From: Octopus sinensis
Lineage: Eukaryota
Direction: 5' to 3'
DNA length: 64,000 nucleotides
Assembly (NCBI RefSeq): GCF_006345805.1
Contig: NC_043006.1
Span: 24,738,001-24,802,000 of the forward strand
The translations under genes and the position numbers were made by a program. The notes under the pieces were generated by a model. It did no database searches. It was not told the DNA's origin and worked only from the letters and a program-made list of their open reading frames with translations. This document shows, piece after piece, positions 50,952 through 62,197 of this stretch (its first letter is position 1; every line of letters begins with the position of its first letter).

Positions 50952-51177
50952 AACAATTTGGATAAATATTTACGAGTGCACCTCTACGCAGTTCACAAAA
51001 AAAAAAGCCCTCGGATTTCTCGCGTGTAAATCACCTATTCTTGCCTCCTAATCTGCTGCAAACCCCTTAATTTTCTTCATAAAAAAGGATGGGGTAGGAA
51101 ACTAGAACCCCACCTCCCTGAAATTATTTGAAAATGTGCATAAATAGGATATATATTGTACAGCCCCCCCCCCCCCA

Positions 51178-51559
51178 ATACATAAATGACAAAACACACC
51201 TTTACTCACTTGCTCTCTCTCTCTCTCTCTCTCCACAAGAAATCGAAGAGTACTTGTTACCCGCTTAAAATTTCGGCGCGAAAAATTGCTAAAGGACAAA
51301 ATTGTTTTGCAGCTTAGGTCTTATATATCCTGGGATCTATATATATCCAGTCATTTTAGTAGGTATGTAAAATATATTGTTTTAATACACCTTGACTTGT
51401 TTCACACAAACAATAAAATGTTGGGGTTTTTTTTTGTCCAGATATCGTTACCACTTTGTTTATTATTATGTTTATTATTATGTTTTCAAAGTTCTTTGAT
51501 TTTTCAATCTAATGTAATCCACACGCTATAAAATGTATTTCTGCAAAATGTCATCTTAA
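51178..51559. repeat. Right inverted repeat (pairs with 46048-46402)
   Basis: As for the left repeat, with small microsatellite expansions; ends gtcatcTTAA. Confidence 0.92.
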
Positions 51560-51624
51560 AATATGTGTAAAGAAAGGGGGCTGATGCAGTTTCGCACCTG
51601 GTAAAATTTTCGATTAACACCCGC

Positions 51625-51860
51625 ACTATTTTCACTAAGAAAAAAAAAACTCGGATTTTTTGTGTGGAATCAAGCACCCTGGCCTCGTAATATACGGCAA
51701 ACCCCATATTTTGGTCCGGAAGGGGGTATACCTCTCCCCCGGAATTTTCACTAAAAGAGAAAAAAAAGGATTTTTTGCGTGGAATCAAGTACCCTGACCT
51801 CGTAATATGCTGCAAATCCCATATTTTGGTCCGGAAGGGAGGGGAGCATACCACCAGAAC
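51625..51860. repeat. ~118-bp tandem repeat, with a diverged third copy at about 50995-51075
   Basis: ttcac..ggattttttg(t/c)gtggaatcaag..cctcgtaat..gcaaa(c/t)ccc units. Confidence 0.8.
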
Positions 51861-51894
51861 AACAAAAAAAAAAAAAACTCCTAAAAAAAAATCT

Positions 51895-54800
51895 CTTCAA
51901 GCAACGCACCTCGTTCTCCTCCTCTCTGCAATCGTCATCCGACGAAGCGACAATCCTGCGAAGATTCAAAACGTGACGCAGCATTCCATCCAAGGAGACG
52001 TTGTTTCTGGAATTGACTGCTGTCACCGTTCCTTTGCTCCATTAAGCAGAGGAACGGTGACCTAACCTTCGGTGGCTTAACCCAAACTTCCTCCCCTATT
52101 TCTCTTCCTCGTGGAACTCCGGCACTTTACTGGAAAACCTCCATTCGTATTTAAATACTGCTCTGTGTGGCACAGATTCTTCAGCTTGTCCGGATTGGGC
52201 AGACATGTTGTACCAGAAAACTGCTTCCAGCTGCGAAATGTGCCCTCTTTCCGCCATGGCCGTGATTATCCGATGATGCCTCTCTACGATTCCGTTACTG
52301 CTCGGCCTATACGCTGCTCTGAACAAGCGACGCACTTTCCACCGGTCGAGCATATCCCTCAACGCTTCCGAACGAAACACCATTAGCAGTTCTTTCACGG
52401 GACCCCTCTCTAAAAATATCCTGTTCAAAATCTGCGCAATCTCATCAGCAAGGCCCGTCCTCGACTCCTTCCAAATGGCTATCCGGCCCGGCCGCAGTTG
52501 ACCATGGAGGAATATATTCCCTGACGGTAGTGCGTCACATCCACAGCGAGTCTCTTCCAGTTGTGCTCTACCGAAAGGTTTCCTTGTTCATGCCCACACG
52601 GAGCAGGGTCAATGAACTGACACCTGTCACAGCTCCCGACCACTTTCCGGATGCTTCTCCTAGTGACATCAAAATCAATTATCTTCGCGAGATACAAGGT
52701 CCTATCCGCCCCTATGTGATGCATAGCATATATTCTCTTCAGTTTGGAGTCATCCAACCGACACGCCGTAGCTATCCCTTTCTTTGGCTCCTCCAGCCAT
52801 GCCCCCTTTACCCTGGTCAGTGCATCTGCCCTGTTTCGCTCCGAAGGCATGAAAACCACGTTCAGCATCAGTCCGAACTCGGCAATCAGCTCTCCTAGAA
52901 CTCCTAGGCGGCGCTTCACCAACATCTCCGCGGCACCTTTCGTTCGAACTCTCCTCTCACTGGTGATCACCAATCCTACCTAGCCGAGCACGGTGGCCGA
53001 ATTCGTGCGGATTTCGATTGAGCGCAGACCCCATTTCAGGGCCAAGTTCACCCCCTTTATCACCGCGTCTACTTCGGCGACATTGGTGTGGTTAAAGTCG
53101 TCTGCTTTCCAAAGCCAAGACACGTCCTCCACCTCAGCGCCTTCGATCTTCAACACAACCTCTCTCGCTATACTGCTAACGGTCCCGCATTCTGTCTTGG
53201 GCACATACCAGTTCCTCCTGACCGCATCATCGCCACCGTCTCCTCTCCCACCGTGTCGCCCCAACTCTCCCTCTCCGCTCGTCTCTTGGTGTAACTTCAC
53301 TCTGTGTGCAGCCATCCAGCGATCGAGTAGTGACTGACCAGCTTCCCACACACCGAGAACAGCTCTCTCCTGCTGACGCTGGAACTCAGCTCTGGGATTT
53401 CATTCCCTCTCCGGAACACCAACTCACCCGATCTATCTCTTCGTAGCTTCAGCCCCAGCGTAGCTACCCCACCATCGACTCCGGTGGCTTCGCAATCTGC
53501 CCGAACTTCTCCAGATGTCTCGCTACCTCGGTGGCTGGCACTACAGTCTCGTCCACCAAAATGTCGTCTATGTAGGAACTGGTGGCCTTTCTTATCTTGT
53601 CCTCTTTCCCTAAGTTGAACTTGAGCACCGTCGCCATGATTTTCGGTGCGGAATTCAGTCCGAAACCCAGCCTGGTTAAACAGTACGTCCGGCCCTTATA
53701 CCGCACCAGCTGATATCACCACAGTTTGTCACTCACATGGAGCTGCAAATACGTCGACTTCAAGTCGACAATCGTCGCTGCCTTGGTCGACTGTCTCCAC
53801 ACGCGTAACGTCTCACTGCAAACGTCCGTCGCCTCGCCTCCCGTGTGGCACGATATATGGTCGTTCAGTTCTCTAAAGTCCAGCACCGGTCTGACTTTCC
53901 CTTCGTCGGCTGCACTACCACCATCAGAGGTAGCACTCCGCTCACCACTCCCTCCTTCCACGAGATAAGGACTCTTTCCTTGATCTATCTCTCTACCTCG
54001 TCTTCGAATTCCACCCTGGCGTAGGGTACGCTGGTAGCAGCTCACTCTGTTCTTCAGTATCGGGGGTTCGTCTTTCCATCGCCACTCTATCGTCCACCGC
54101 CGACTATCGAACGCCACTTGAAAATCCTTGTTCTCAGTGGTGTAAGCGGCGCAGTCCCTCACGGGTCTCTGCTCTCTCTGGCGATCCTGACTCACAGTGC
54201 ATGACGCCCCCCACGCTTCCGAACGTGACCTGATCTCCTGCAATCCTGACACCACTGAGGCGGTTGATGGCGTTCATCCCCATCACCACATCAACTCCGT
54301 CTACCACGTGATCGATCACAATTACCGTCTTAGCGCCGCGCCTCGCACCGCTATCTCTTCATTGCTGCTGTCCTTGCATCGGATTTCGCTGCCGTCGACC
54401 GCTCGGTGGCTACTTGCTTCATTCCATTTCTTCGTCACCCTTGGAGACACGAGGACCTTGAACGTCTTCCCCTCGGCCTCAACATCAATTACAGGCAGCG
54501 TCTCCACAAGCGCCTCTACTCGTTTGCAGGGAAAGTTCGAGATGCAGCAACTTTCCCAGAGTCGTTTCCCTGGTCGCAATCACGGGCGATGTGCCCTGTC
54601 TGCCAGCATCGATTGCAAACGGGCCCAGGTTGCGAACACTCCCTCGCCATGTGCGACCCCTGACATTTAAAACACCGACCTGGAAACGGCCGCTGTCATT
54701 GCACGGTAGGTTTCTTCGCGTCTTTCTCCGGCCGTCGTTCGTCATTATGCACCTCCGTTACCGCCATCGCTATCGCCTTCTGTCCAGTGTTTCGCGTCAA

Positions 54801-55549
54801 CACGCGAGCTTGAGCTACAAGTTCGCTCAGCACCATCTTTTTGCTCCCGGGCAGTAGCTGCAGTCGAATCCTTACGTCATCAGGGAACCCACTCACAAAC
54901 GCCAGTCGCGCTGGTCTGTCCAGGCCCTCTCCCGTAAACCCAGTCAGCGTGGCCAGCCTACGCACCTCCACTGCGTATTCATCTACCTGCCCTCCCGTCC
55001 ATCTAATCGTTCCCAGCTTAACAAAGGCTGTATACTCACACTCGGTGTAAGCCTCTCTCAGACGTCGCTTAATCTTCTCCTTGCTCAAGGAGATATAGAG
55101 TTAATGCACTCCCTTCCAAAGGCCTGCCACGTCGCTAATGTCTTGCAATCTCTCCACAAGCCCGATTTTACGCATCCAGGCCACTACATCGCCCTCACTA
55201 TTAAAGGGCCTGATAATGTCGCTGGTGATCCTAATTTTAGCTGCCATCGTGGCGACGTCTTATGTGGAGCTCCGAAATAGCCTGTAGTAAATGCGGGAGA
55301 TTAGAAGTAAGACACCTACTTTCTCTTCGTTGGCGCAGACCTGTCGGGTGGTAACGTATCCTTCCATATGGCCCGTCTCGAAACGCTAAAAATAGCAGCT
55401 GCTTTCCCTCATCTTGGCGAAGCACTGACACGTCCTGCACTCACGGCTTTCCCGGTCGAAAAGGGCGCAATCTTCCCCCGCCTGTGCGCGCATCACCCAT
55501 GCGCCCTCCCTCTTCCGGTCAGCTCTCCAGCCATTGACGTCATCCCACA
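51895..55549 (-). mobile_element. GC-rich Ty3/Gypsy retrotransposon with 5' LTR; 3' LTR absent
   Basis: gag from 55247 (MAAKIRITSDIIRPF), two CCHC knuckles, RT (CLTRLGFGLNSAPKIM, SYIDDILVD), RNase H, integrase (YRPSSNGIVERHHR); frameshifts and small deletions. Confidence 0.92.
55283..55549 (-). repeat. Candidate 267-bp LTR
   Basis: TG..CA bounded (tgtag..ccaca), immediately upstream of gag on the minus strand; no second copy to confirm it. Confidence 0.55.
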
Positions 55550-56509
55550 ACTAATAAAGACTATAATATCGATATTAACGATAGGTGTATTGAAGGTAAT
55601 GAAGATAACAATATACATAGCCGGGCAAGTATGATAAATCCGGGTGAGGGGATTACATCGGCTCCTACTAGTTCAAGTGACTCTATTAGCAGGATCAAAT
55701 CGCCCAAACAAGATAAATGACAAATACACATAAATGACAAAGGAAAAAATACTAACCTCATAGACTGCAGGAGTGGAATTAGCAAGCTTTATAAATTCCT
55801 GATTAGTGTAAATAAAAGTAAGAATAATAATTGTGATTGTGCTAGCGATGGTGTCCAAGTAGTAACAAATCCACATGTTAGAAGAAGCTTGCGAGTGATA
55901 TGTAACAAAGAGAATGGTAAAGGGGATAGCGATTTTAACGGCAATAACACAAATAATAACAAAAGTACATCGCACAGGTTCGGAACTAATTATAGGAATA
56001 AGAAAGGTAGGGGACACAAAAGATGAAAATGAGAAATAAAGTGACATAATCGTAATAATACTGAAACTCTAGGGATGCTTGTGTGTACCCGAAATATCTC
56101 AGAAATAGTATATTTTATCTTTTTTTGTTTTTGCATAATAATTTCCATACTTACCTTCGGTAATACAGTACAAATTTTTGTGACATTTGGACCTCTGTTT
56201 ATTAATGAAAACGAGTAAACACTATTTTTGTGTTTACTCGTGACGTCAGAATACACACACATATAATGAATGTCATGGCATATCAATCAACACAAACACA
56301 CGTCCGCTATCTGTGACATGTACACACATAGACTTCGCGCTCTTTAAGAAAAAGAAATGTCAACTTTTTGATGTAAACAATATTTTAATCATTTAAAAAT
56401 ATTTTTAACTGGATGTGATTTCAAAAAAGTTGTTTGTACCGTAGGTATTTGTATTTTAGCTTTCTTTAAATAGACAATATTTTAATGTTATTTTAAAATT
56501 ATTTTCAAG

Positions 56510-56924
56510 TCGTTAATTTCCGTAAAAATTTTATTTATTTATTTACTTTTGTTTTAAAGTGAAAGAGGGGAGAAAGCGAAACGTGTATATGAAATGGACG
56601 TGTGTGTGCGAAAGAGACAGAGGGGGGAAGAGAGAGACAAAGAGAGAGAGAGAGTGAATGAAGGGGTGTATTGTCATGTAAACGTACATACAGCAATACG
56701 TATGCGTACATCTTTTTTGTATATACATGTGTGTGTGGGTGTGTATGAGAAAGCGAGAGAGTGAGTGATCGTGTGTTCCCATGTATGTGTAAGTGGCACT
56801 CACTCTCTCTTACGCACGCACAAACGTCCATTTCATATACACGTTTATACGCCTTTCACTTTCTCCTCTCTCCCACTTTAAAACAAAAGTAAATAAATTT
56901 TTAAAAAATTACGGAAATTAACGA
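56510..56924. mobile_element. MITE-like element with ~95-bp imperfect TIRs and a GA/GT-rich interior
   Basis: tcgttaatttccgt..ttacttttgttttaaagtg..acgtgtatatgaaatggacgt mirrored at 56824-56924. Confidence 0.72.
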
Positions 56925-57394
56925 ATAAAACCAACTGATCTGGATGACAGTTCTGGGAGTCAAAGCGAAAGATCTCCCCAAGGGAGTACCATTACAAAAT
57001 TTTTTTCGAGTGCATTCAACGTATCTCAGCTCCAAAGATTCCGTTGCTATTTCTAGCACGCCCTGCTACCACGTAACAGCTATTTGCGATAAAGGACTCG
57101 AAATACCTGTTATTTGCTAGCATGGCGTGCAAGAAATAGCAGCCAAATCTGACCTTTTCCGGGGAAAGGAGCAGTTTACGCGTGATTTGGATGTCACATT
57201 CGTTGAAAGCATGCGAAATAACCTGGAAAAAAACCCATGAAACAAAACTCCGTTGCTGGGAAACTCAGACTTTCCAAGTGACCCAACGGTCACGAGTAGT
57301 CTAGAATGGTATAATTCGCCTTTCAATTACGTAATATGCACTACCTTATGCAGTAATTTATTTGGTGTATTAAAGAACTTCCCTCCGTCACAAA

Positions 57395-58735
57395 TATAAC
57401 TGCTTGTTCTCTAGTAAAAATGTTAAGGTTTCTTATTCAGCCCTCCCTAATCTAGACACCATTATGATTGGCCTAAACCAAAAAAAATGCATAAACATGG
57501 CCCAGAGCATTGGTCATAATGTCCTTAATAGCACTGCACCAACTAATGATACCAACAATAATAATAATTGTCATAACACCATCAACTTAATTAACAATTA
57601 TATTGAGTATACTAATATCCCCTCTGAACAGATTCCTCCGGTTGGTGATTCTAATAATAATAGCATCAGTCAGCTTACTACAATTTATATTAGCAGTACC
57701 AATGGTTCAGACAGCAGCTAACTCAGTCTGCCATACATTTCCTTTCCCACCCTTCTTCCACTGGCCTTAATTCAAGACAACGCGCGTCGCCTCCTGCAAT
57801 AAATACGGTAAATGAACAGTGCACAAATATATTTCTTTACTGCCCACAAGGGGCTAAACATAGAGGGGACAAACAAGGACAGACAAAGAGATTAAGTCGA
57901 TTACATCGACTCCAGTGCGTAACTGGTACTTATTTAATCGAACCCGAAAGGATGAAAGGCAAAGTCGACCTCGGCGGAATTTGATCTCAGAACGTAACTG
58001 CAGACGAAATACGGCTACGCATTTCGCCCGGCGTGCTAACGTTTCTGCCAGCTCGCCGCCTTGAACAGTGCACAAATAATAGTACTGGCAACCATTCTGC
58101 AGTATCACCATAATCCTTTGTGACGCTGTTAACCCACATTCCTCCACTCAGCGTTTAGCAAGTAACAGCAAGTAATGATACGTGCCTTAATAATGATCTT
58201 ATTACTCCTAGTAGTAGTTATATGAACATTAATAACTCCCGGATCCTCGATCCCATAGGACGTACTGTTAGAGGAAGGCCCACTCGCGATAACAATCGTG
58301 TCATGACCAAAACTTAATACAACTCTTTGGAGAGAAAATCATGTCCGATTTCTGATGAATGTATGGCCGAAAATGTAGTTTACAGGTGTACTGTGGTGTT
58401 TATATAAGCTGCTCTGTAAATCTGAAGTAACACTTAATGCAACCATTTGTCAGGCTTCAAATTAAGTCATAGGGCAGGCAAAACTTCTTTAGCCATGAAG
58501 ATCTGGGAACTCAAACATAATAGTGTTAGATTAGATTTGAAATGGGATATAATTAGAGTCGCAAAACCATACTCAAGCAGTATCTACGGATGTAGACTAT
58601 GCTGTATGGAGCTGTACGAAATTTTCAAGGGAATGAACAGTGAAAATGTTATCAATAATGAATTGGACCTTCGTCTTTCATGCATCCATGAAGTAACCCG
58701 TACCTTTAAATATTTTAAAAGCATCACATAACCTT
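57395..58735 (+). pseudogene. PLE RT C-terminus, Asn-rich linker and GIY-YIG (same family as 6066-6655)
   Basis: FSSKNVKVSYSALPNL; CPISDECMAENVVYRCTV; LAMKIWELK..LKWDIIRVAKPY..CRLCCMEL..SCIHEVTRTFKYFK. Confidence 0.8.
57830..58061 (-). mobile_element. SINE family C, young, with a 17-bp TSD
   Basis: tgaacagtgcacaaata at 57813-57829 and 58062-58078. Confidence 0.92.
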
Positions 58736-60116
58736 TGCTTACTTTATAGCCAATTGCTAACTAACCTCAATCTCACAACTTTTCTCATGATTTCCATCAT
58801 CCTCCGGCAGGTCTTCTCTGTTCTCACTTTTCAATTAATTCCATCCCTATGTACTCTGATGACATTATTTGTGTAGTATGTGTTGACTGAAGGAACGACT
58901 CTTATAATTAGTCTTACCTTGTATTATCGATTTGCGATATCCAATCGTATCTAAACTATAAAATTGCAGCCTGTATACTTCAGAGAGATTCCCCACTCTC
59001 CACTAAGTTCTGTCCGTAAGTAACCTCAAGTAACTATATTTCGTGCTACACATGATAATGAACAAACATATCATCTGAACCAACTTACATAATTTCTATG
59101 TATACATTCAAATTAACTAATAATATTCACTACAACCATTAAACAAGCTAAAAATTTACTTAGATAACTGGATACCCCGTTGCTTACTATATCTGATCTG
59201 GTACGCTCTCTTCTTTCTGTTATTAATTTGTGTTTTTTGTATCTTCTAATCTCTCAATACTGTAAATGAAGGGTAGTACACTTATAATATTACCTGCTTT
59301 TTCTGTACACACTACTTACAATTATAATAAGAACACTTTTAAGGGACATACTGCTTCCTCTCACAAGCATATTTGAATATCGCCAATAATGTATTTGTAT
59401 TTATACTTAACCTCCTACATTATATTCCCTTACCAAGAAAAAAACATTCACAAGATACTACCATTCTAAAATTATTAGACTTAATTAATCCAAGTTCAAA
59501 TCAAACCCTACCCTTCCGTAACCACTATCTCCTGATTTAACCTAAATTTTGAATATTTCTCCCCTGCCTCTTTTCAAATCCTAAAACAAGGGTATTCTGC
59601 CCTCACATCTGTACTTAATTGCTTCTATTTCCTTTGTTTCGACTTCACTTCATCTCTATAATTCCAGGATGAAAAACACAAAAGAATACATATATACACA
59701 AAAAGAATACATTATTACCTAAACTTCATCTTTAGTCACTGATAACGAACCACCTAATTGTCTCCAACTTGCACGCTGACCAGCTGCTAGCTAGGTTGGT
59801 GGCCAGAAATATAACCTCAACCCACTCACTAACTAAATTCCTAACACACTTCCACCCCTTTAATGGTACAGTTTTCTTCCATTCAAGGCCAGCTTTGGCT
59901 GGCGAATTGAGGCGTTCCCATTGCGCACAGGGATTTTTCTATTGTTTTGAAGTTACATGGATCATTTGATGAATACGTTTTGTTTTTACAATGATGTAAT
60001 GTACTCACTCATCAAATAAAAAATGCGTAAAGAACAATTGTAATGAACTGACATTTATCCATCATCTGTTACTTTTTCTTTGCCATACATACATACACGC
60101 ACACATAATACATACA

Positions 60117-60445
60117 TACAAGTGTCTTCTACTCTAACCTCGGGCCGACCAAAGCCTTGTGAGTGAATTTGGTAGACGGAAACTGAAAGAAGCCCGTCGT
60201 ATATATGTATATGAATATATATGTGTGTGTGTGTGTTTGTGTGTCTGTGTTTGTCCCCCTAGCATTGCTTGACAACCGATGCTGGTGTGTTTATGTCCCC
60301 GTTACTTAGCGGTTCGGCAAAAAGAGACCGATAGAATATGTACTGGGCTTACAAAAGAATAAGTCCTGGGGTCAATTTGCTCGACTAAAGGCGGTGCTCC
60401 AGCATGGCCACAGTCAAATGACTGAAACAGGTAAAAGAGTAAAGA
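60117..60445 (+). mobile_element. SINE family A, 5'-truncated
   Basis: caagtgtcttctactc.. through the aagagt tail. Confidence 0.85.
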
Positions 60446-60639
60446 GTATACACATTGTTGTGTCTGAGGAGAGTCATTCTCTTTTAGTGCCTTATCATTT
60501 AACACACACACTGGTAAAGTTTCCACTCATTTACTTATTTATTTTTGATAAATTTTTTGTTGTGTCTTGCAACCTTTTCAATGGTCGTTGACTCTGTTAT
60601 CCGAGCTGCGTTCTTTTTGTTTGTGCGCATGTGTGTGCG

Positions 60640-60761
60640 CATACACATGTATGTATGTATGTATGTATGTATGTATGTATGTATGTATGTATGTATGTAT
60701 GTATGTGTGTATGTATGTATGTGCGTGTGTATGTATGTATGTATGTATGTATGTATGTATG

Positions 60762-60792
<31 letters not shown>

Positions 60793-60960
60793 GCGTGTGT
60801 ATGTATGTATGTATGTATGTGTATGTATGTATGTATGTATGTATGCATGCATTAATGCATGCGTGCATGCATGCATGTGTGCGTATGCATGTATGTGTAT
60901 GCGTGTGTGTGTACGTTTGTATGTATGTATTCTGCATATATGAATATGCAGAATACAAAC
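60640..60960. repeat. (TATG)n microsatellite
   Basis: Direct reading. Confidence 0.95.
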
Positions 60961-61084
60961 ATACAAACGTATGTATGTGTTCGTGTTTGTGTGTTTTTAT
61001 GTTTGCCTGTGTGTGTGTGTACCTCTGTCTCTCGTGTGTGCATGTCTGGCGGGTTGTAAAGCATATTTTCTGACAGCAGTTTCC

Positions 61085-61402
61085 TTATAGTTCTATATTT
61101 AAGAGATGAGGAATTATGTACATTATTTACATTTGACGGATATTTGTCCTCATCTGGTTTGTTGTTTACACAACGTTTCGGGCACATGGCGTAGTGGTTA
61201 AGAGCGCGGGCTACTAACCCTAAGATTCCGAGTTCGATTCCAGGCAGCGACCTGAATAACAACAACAACAATAATAATAACATCGAAAAATACCTTACGA
61301 ATGAGAACCCAGGTTCGAAATTTCCTCCCAAAACACCTGATGAAGCCGAAACGCGTTAACAACAAACAAGATGACAAATATCCGTCAAATGTAAAAAATG
61401 TA
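61085..61402 (+). mobile_element. Family D element: inverted tail segment, tRNA-like head, (AAC/AAT)n, hammerhead, tail
   Basis: A box tggcgtagtgg 61187-61197, B box gttcgattc 61232-61240, acacCTGATGAAgccGAAACG at 61333-61352; 61085-61181 is the reverse complement of the tail. Confidence 0.85.
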
Positions 61403-61789
61403 GCAATTTCCTTGTTTTCTGTGTCCTGAAGGTGTGTTGTGTCTCGAAATGATTGATCTTCTTAGGGTTGAAGATTATCAGTGCCCTAAAATGTTGAAGG
61501 CTCACCCATATGAACGTTGGCTACATATACTGTGAATAAATATATTTCTTCCATACGTTATGAAAACAAATAGAACATTCCAGGTTTTCTTCTCTTTCTT
61601 GCCATCTGTTTTTTTTCTTTCTGCTTTTGCTTTTTTTTGTTTTTGTCATGCTGATTCACAATTTGTGTCAGTCAAAATAATAATGAATTCCGCAGAATTT
61701 TGTTGTCTTGTACTAGTAACGGGAGTCAGTTTAAACAACTTTCTCCTTCCCTTTAAATTGCTGGCCTTGTATCTACTAAGCATCGGGCA

Positions 61790-61960
61790 ACGTGCCTTGC
61801 AGCATACAGTTATGGCCAATTACGTTCTGAGTTCAATCCTGCTGAGGTTAGCTTTACCTTTCATTCCTACGGGTTCGATAAAATAAAGCACCAGCAATAT
61901 ACTGGGATGCTTTAATCCATTTGTCCCTCCCCACAAATTGCTGACCTTGTGTCTAAATGA
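61790..61960 (+). mobile_element. SINE family C, degenerate
   Basis: ttacgttctgagttcaatcctgctgagg..tttcattcc..gataaaataaagcaccag. Confidence 0.65.
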
Positions 61961-62082
61961 GAATTTATTATTTAAAATTTGCCCGGGATTAAGTTACGAT
62001 TATTAAGCTAATCAAGTTCTTTATTTCAAACCAAACTAAGTAATAGAGACGCCAAATTTGGGCGAAATCCGTTGAAATTAGT

Positions 62083-62196
<114 letters not shown>

Positions 62197-62197
62197 A

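Noticed and set aside
51625-51860. CRISPR-like or regulatory array
   Set aside because: Plain tandem duplication without unique spacers or cas genes.
58350-58390. CTGATGA..GAAA on the plus strand
   Set aside because: Falls in PLE coding sequence (ISDECMAENV) with no stems.
61181-61256. tRNA-Ser-like gene (also tRNA-like heads at 11893, 29155, 32280)
   Set aside because: Acceptor and anticodon stems do not pair properly and each is fused to a repeat body; these are SINE-type heads.
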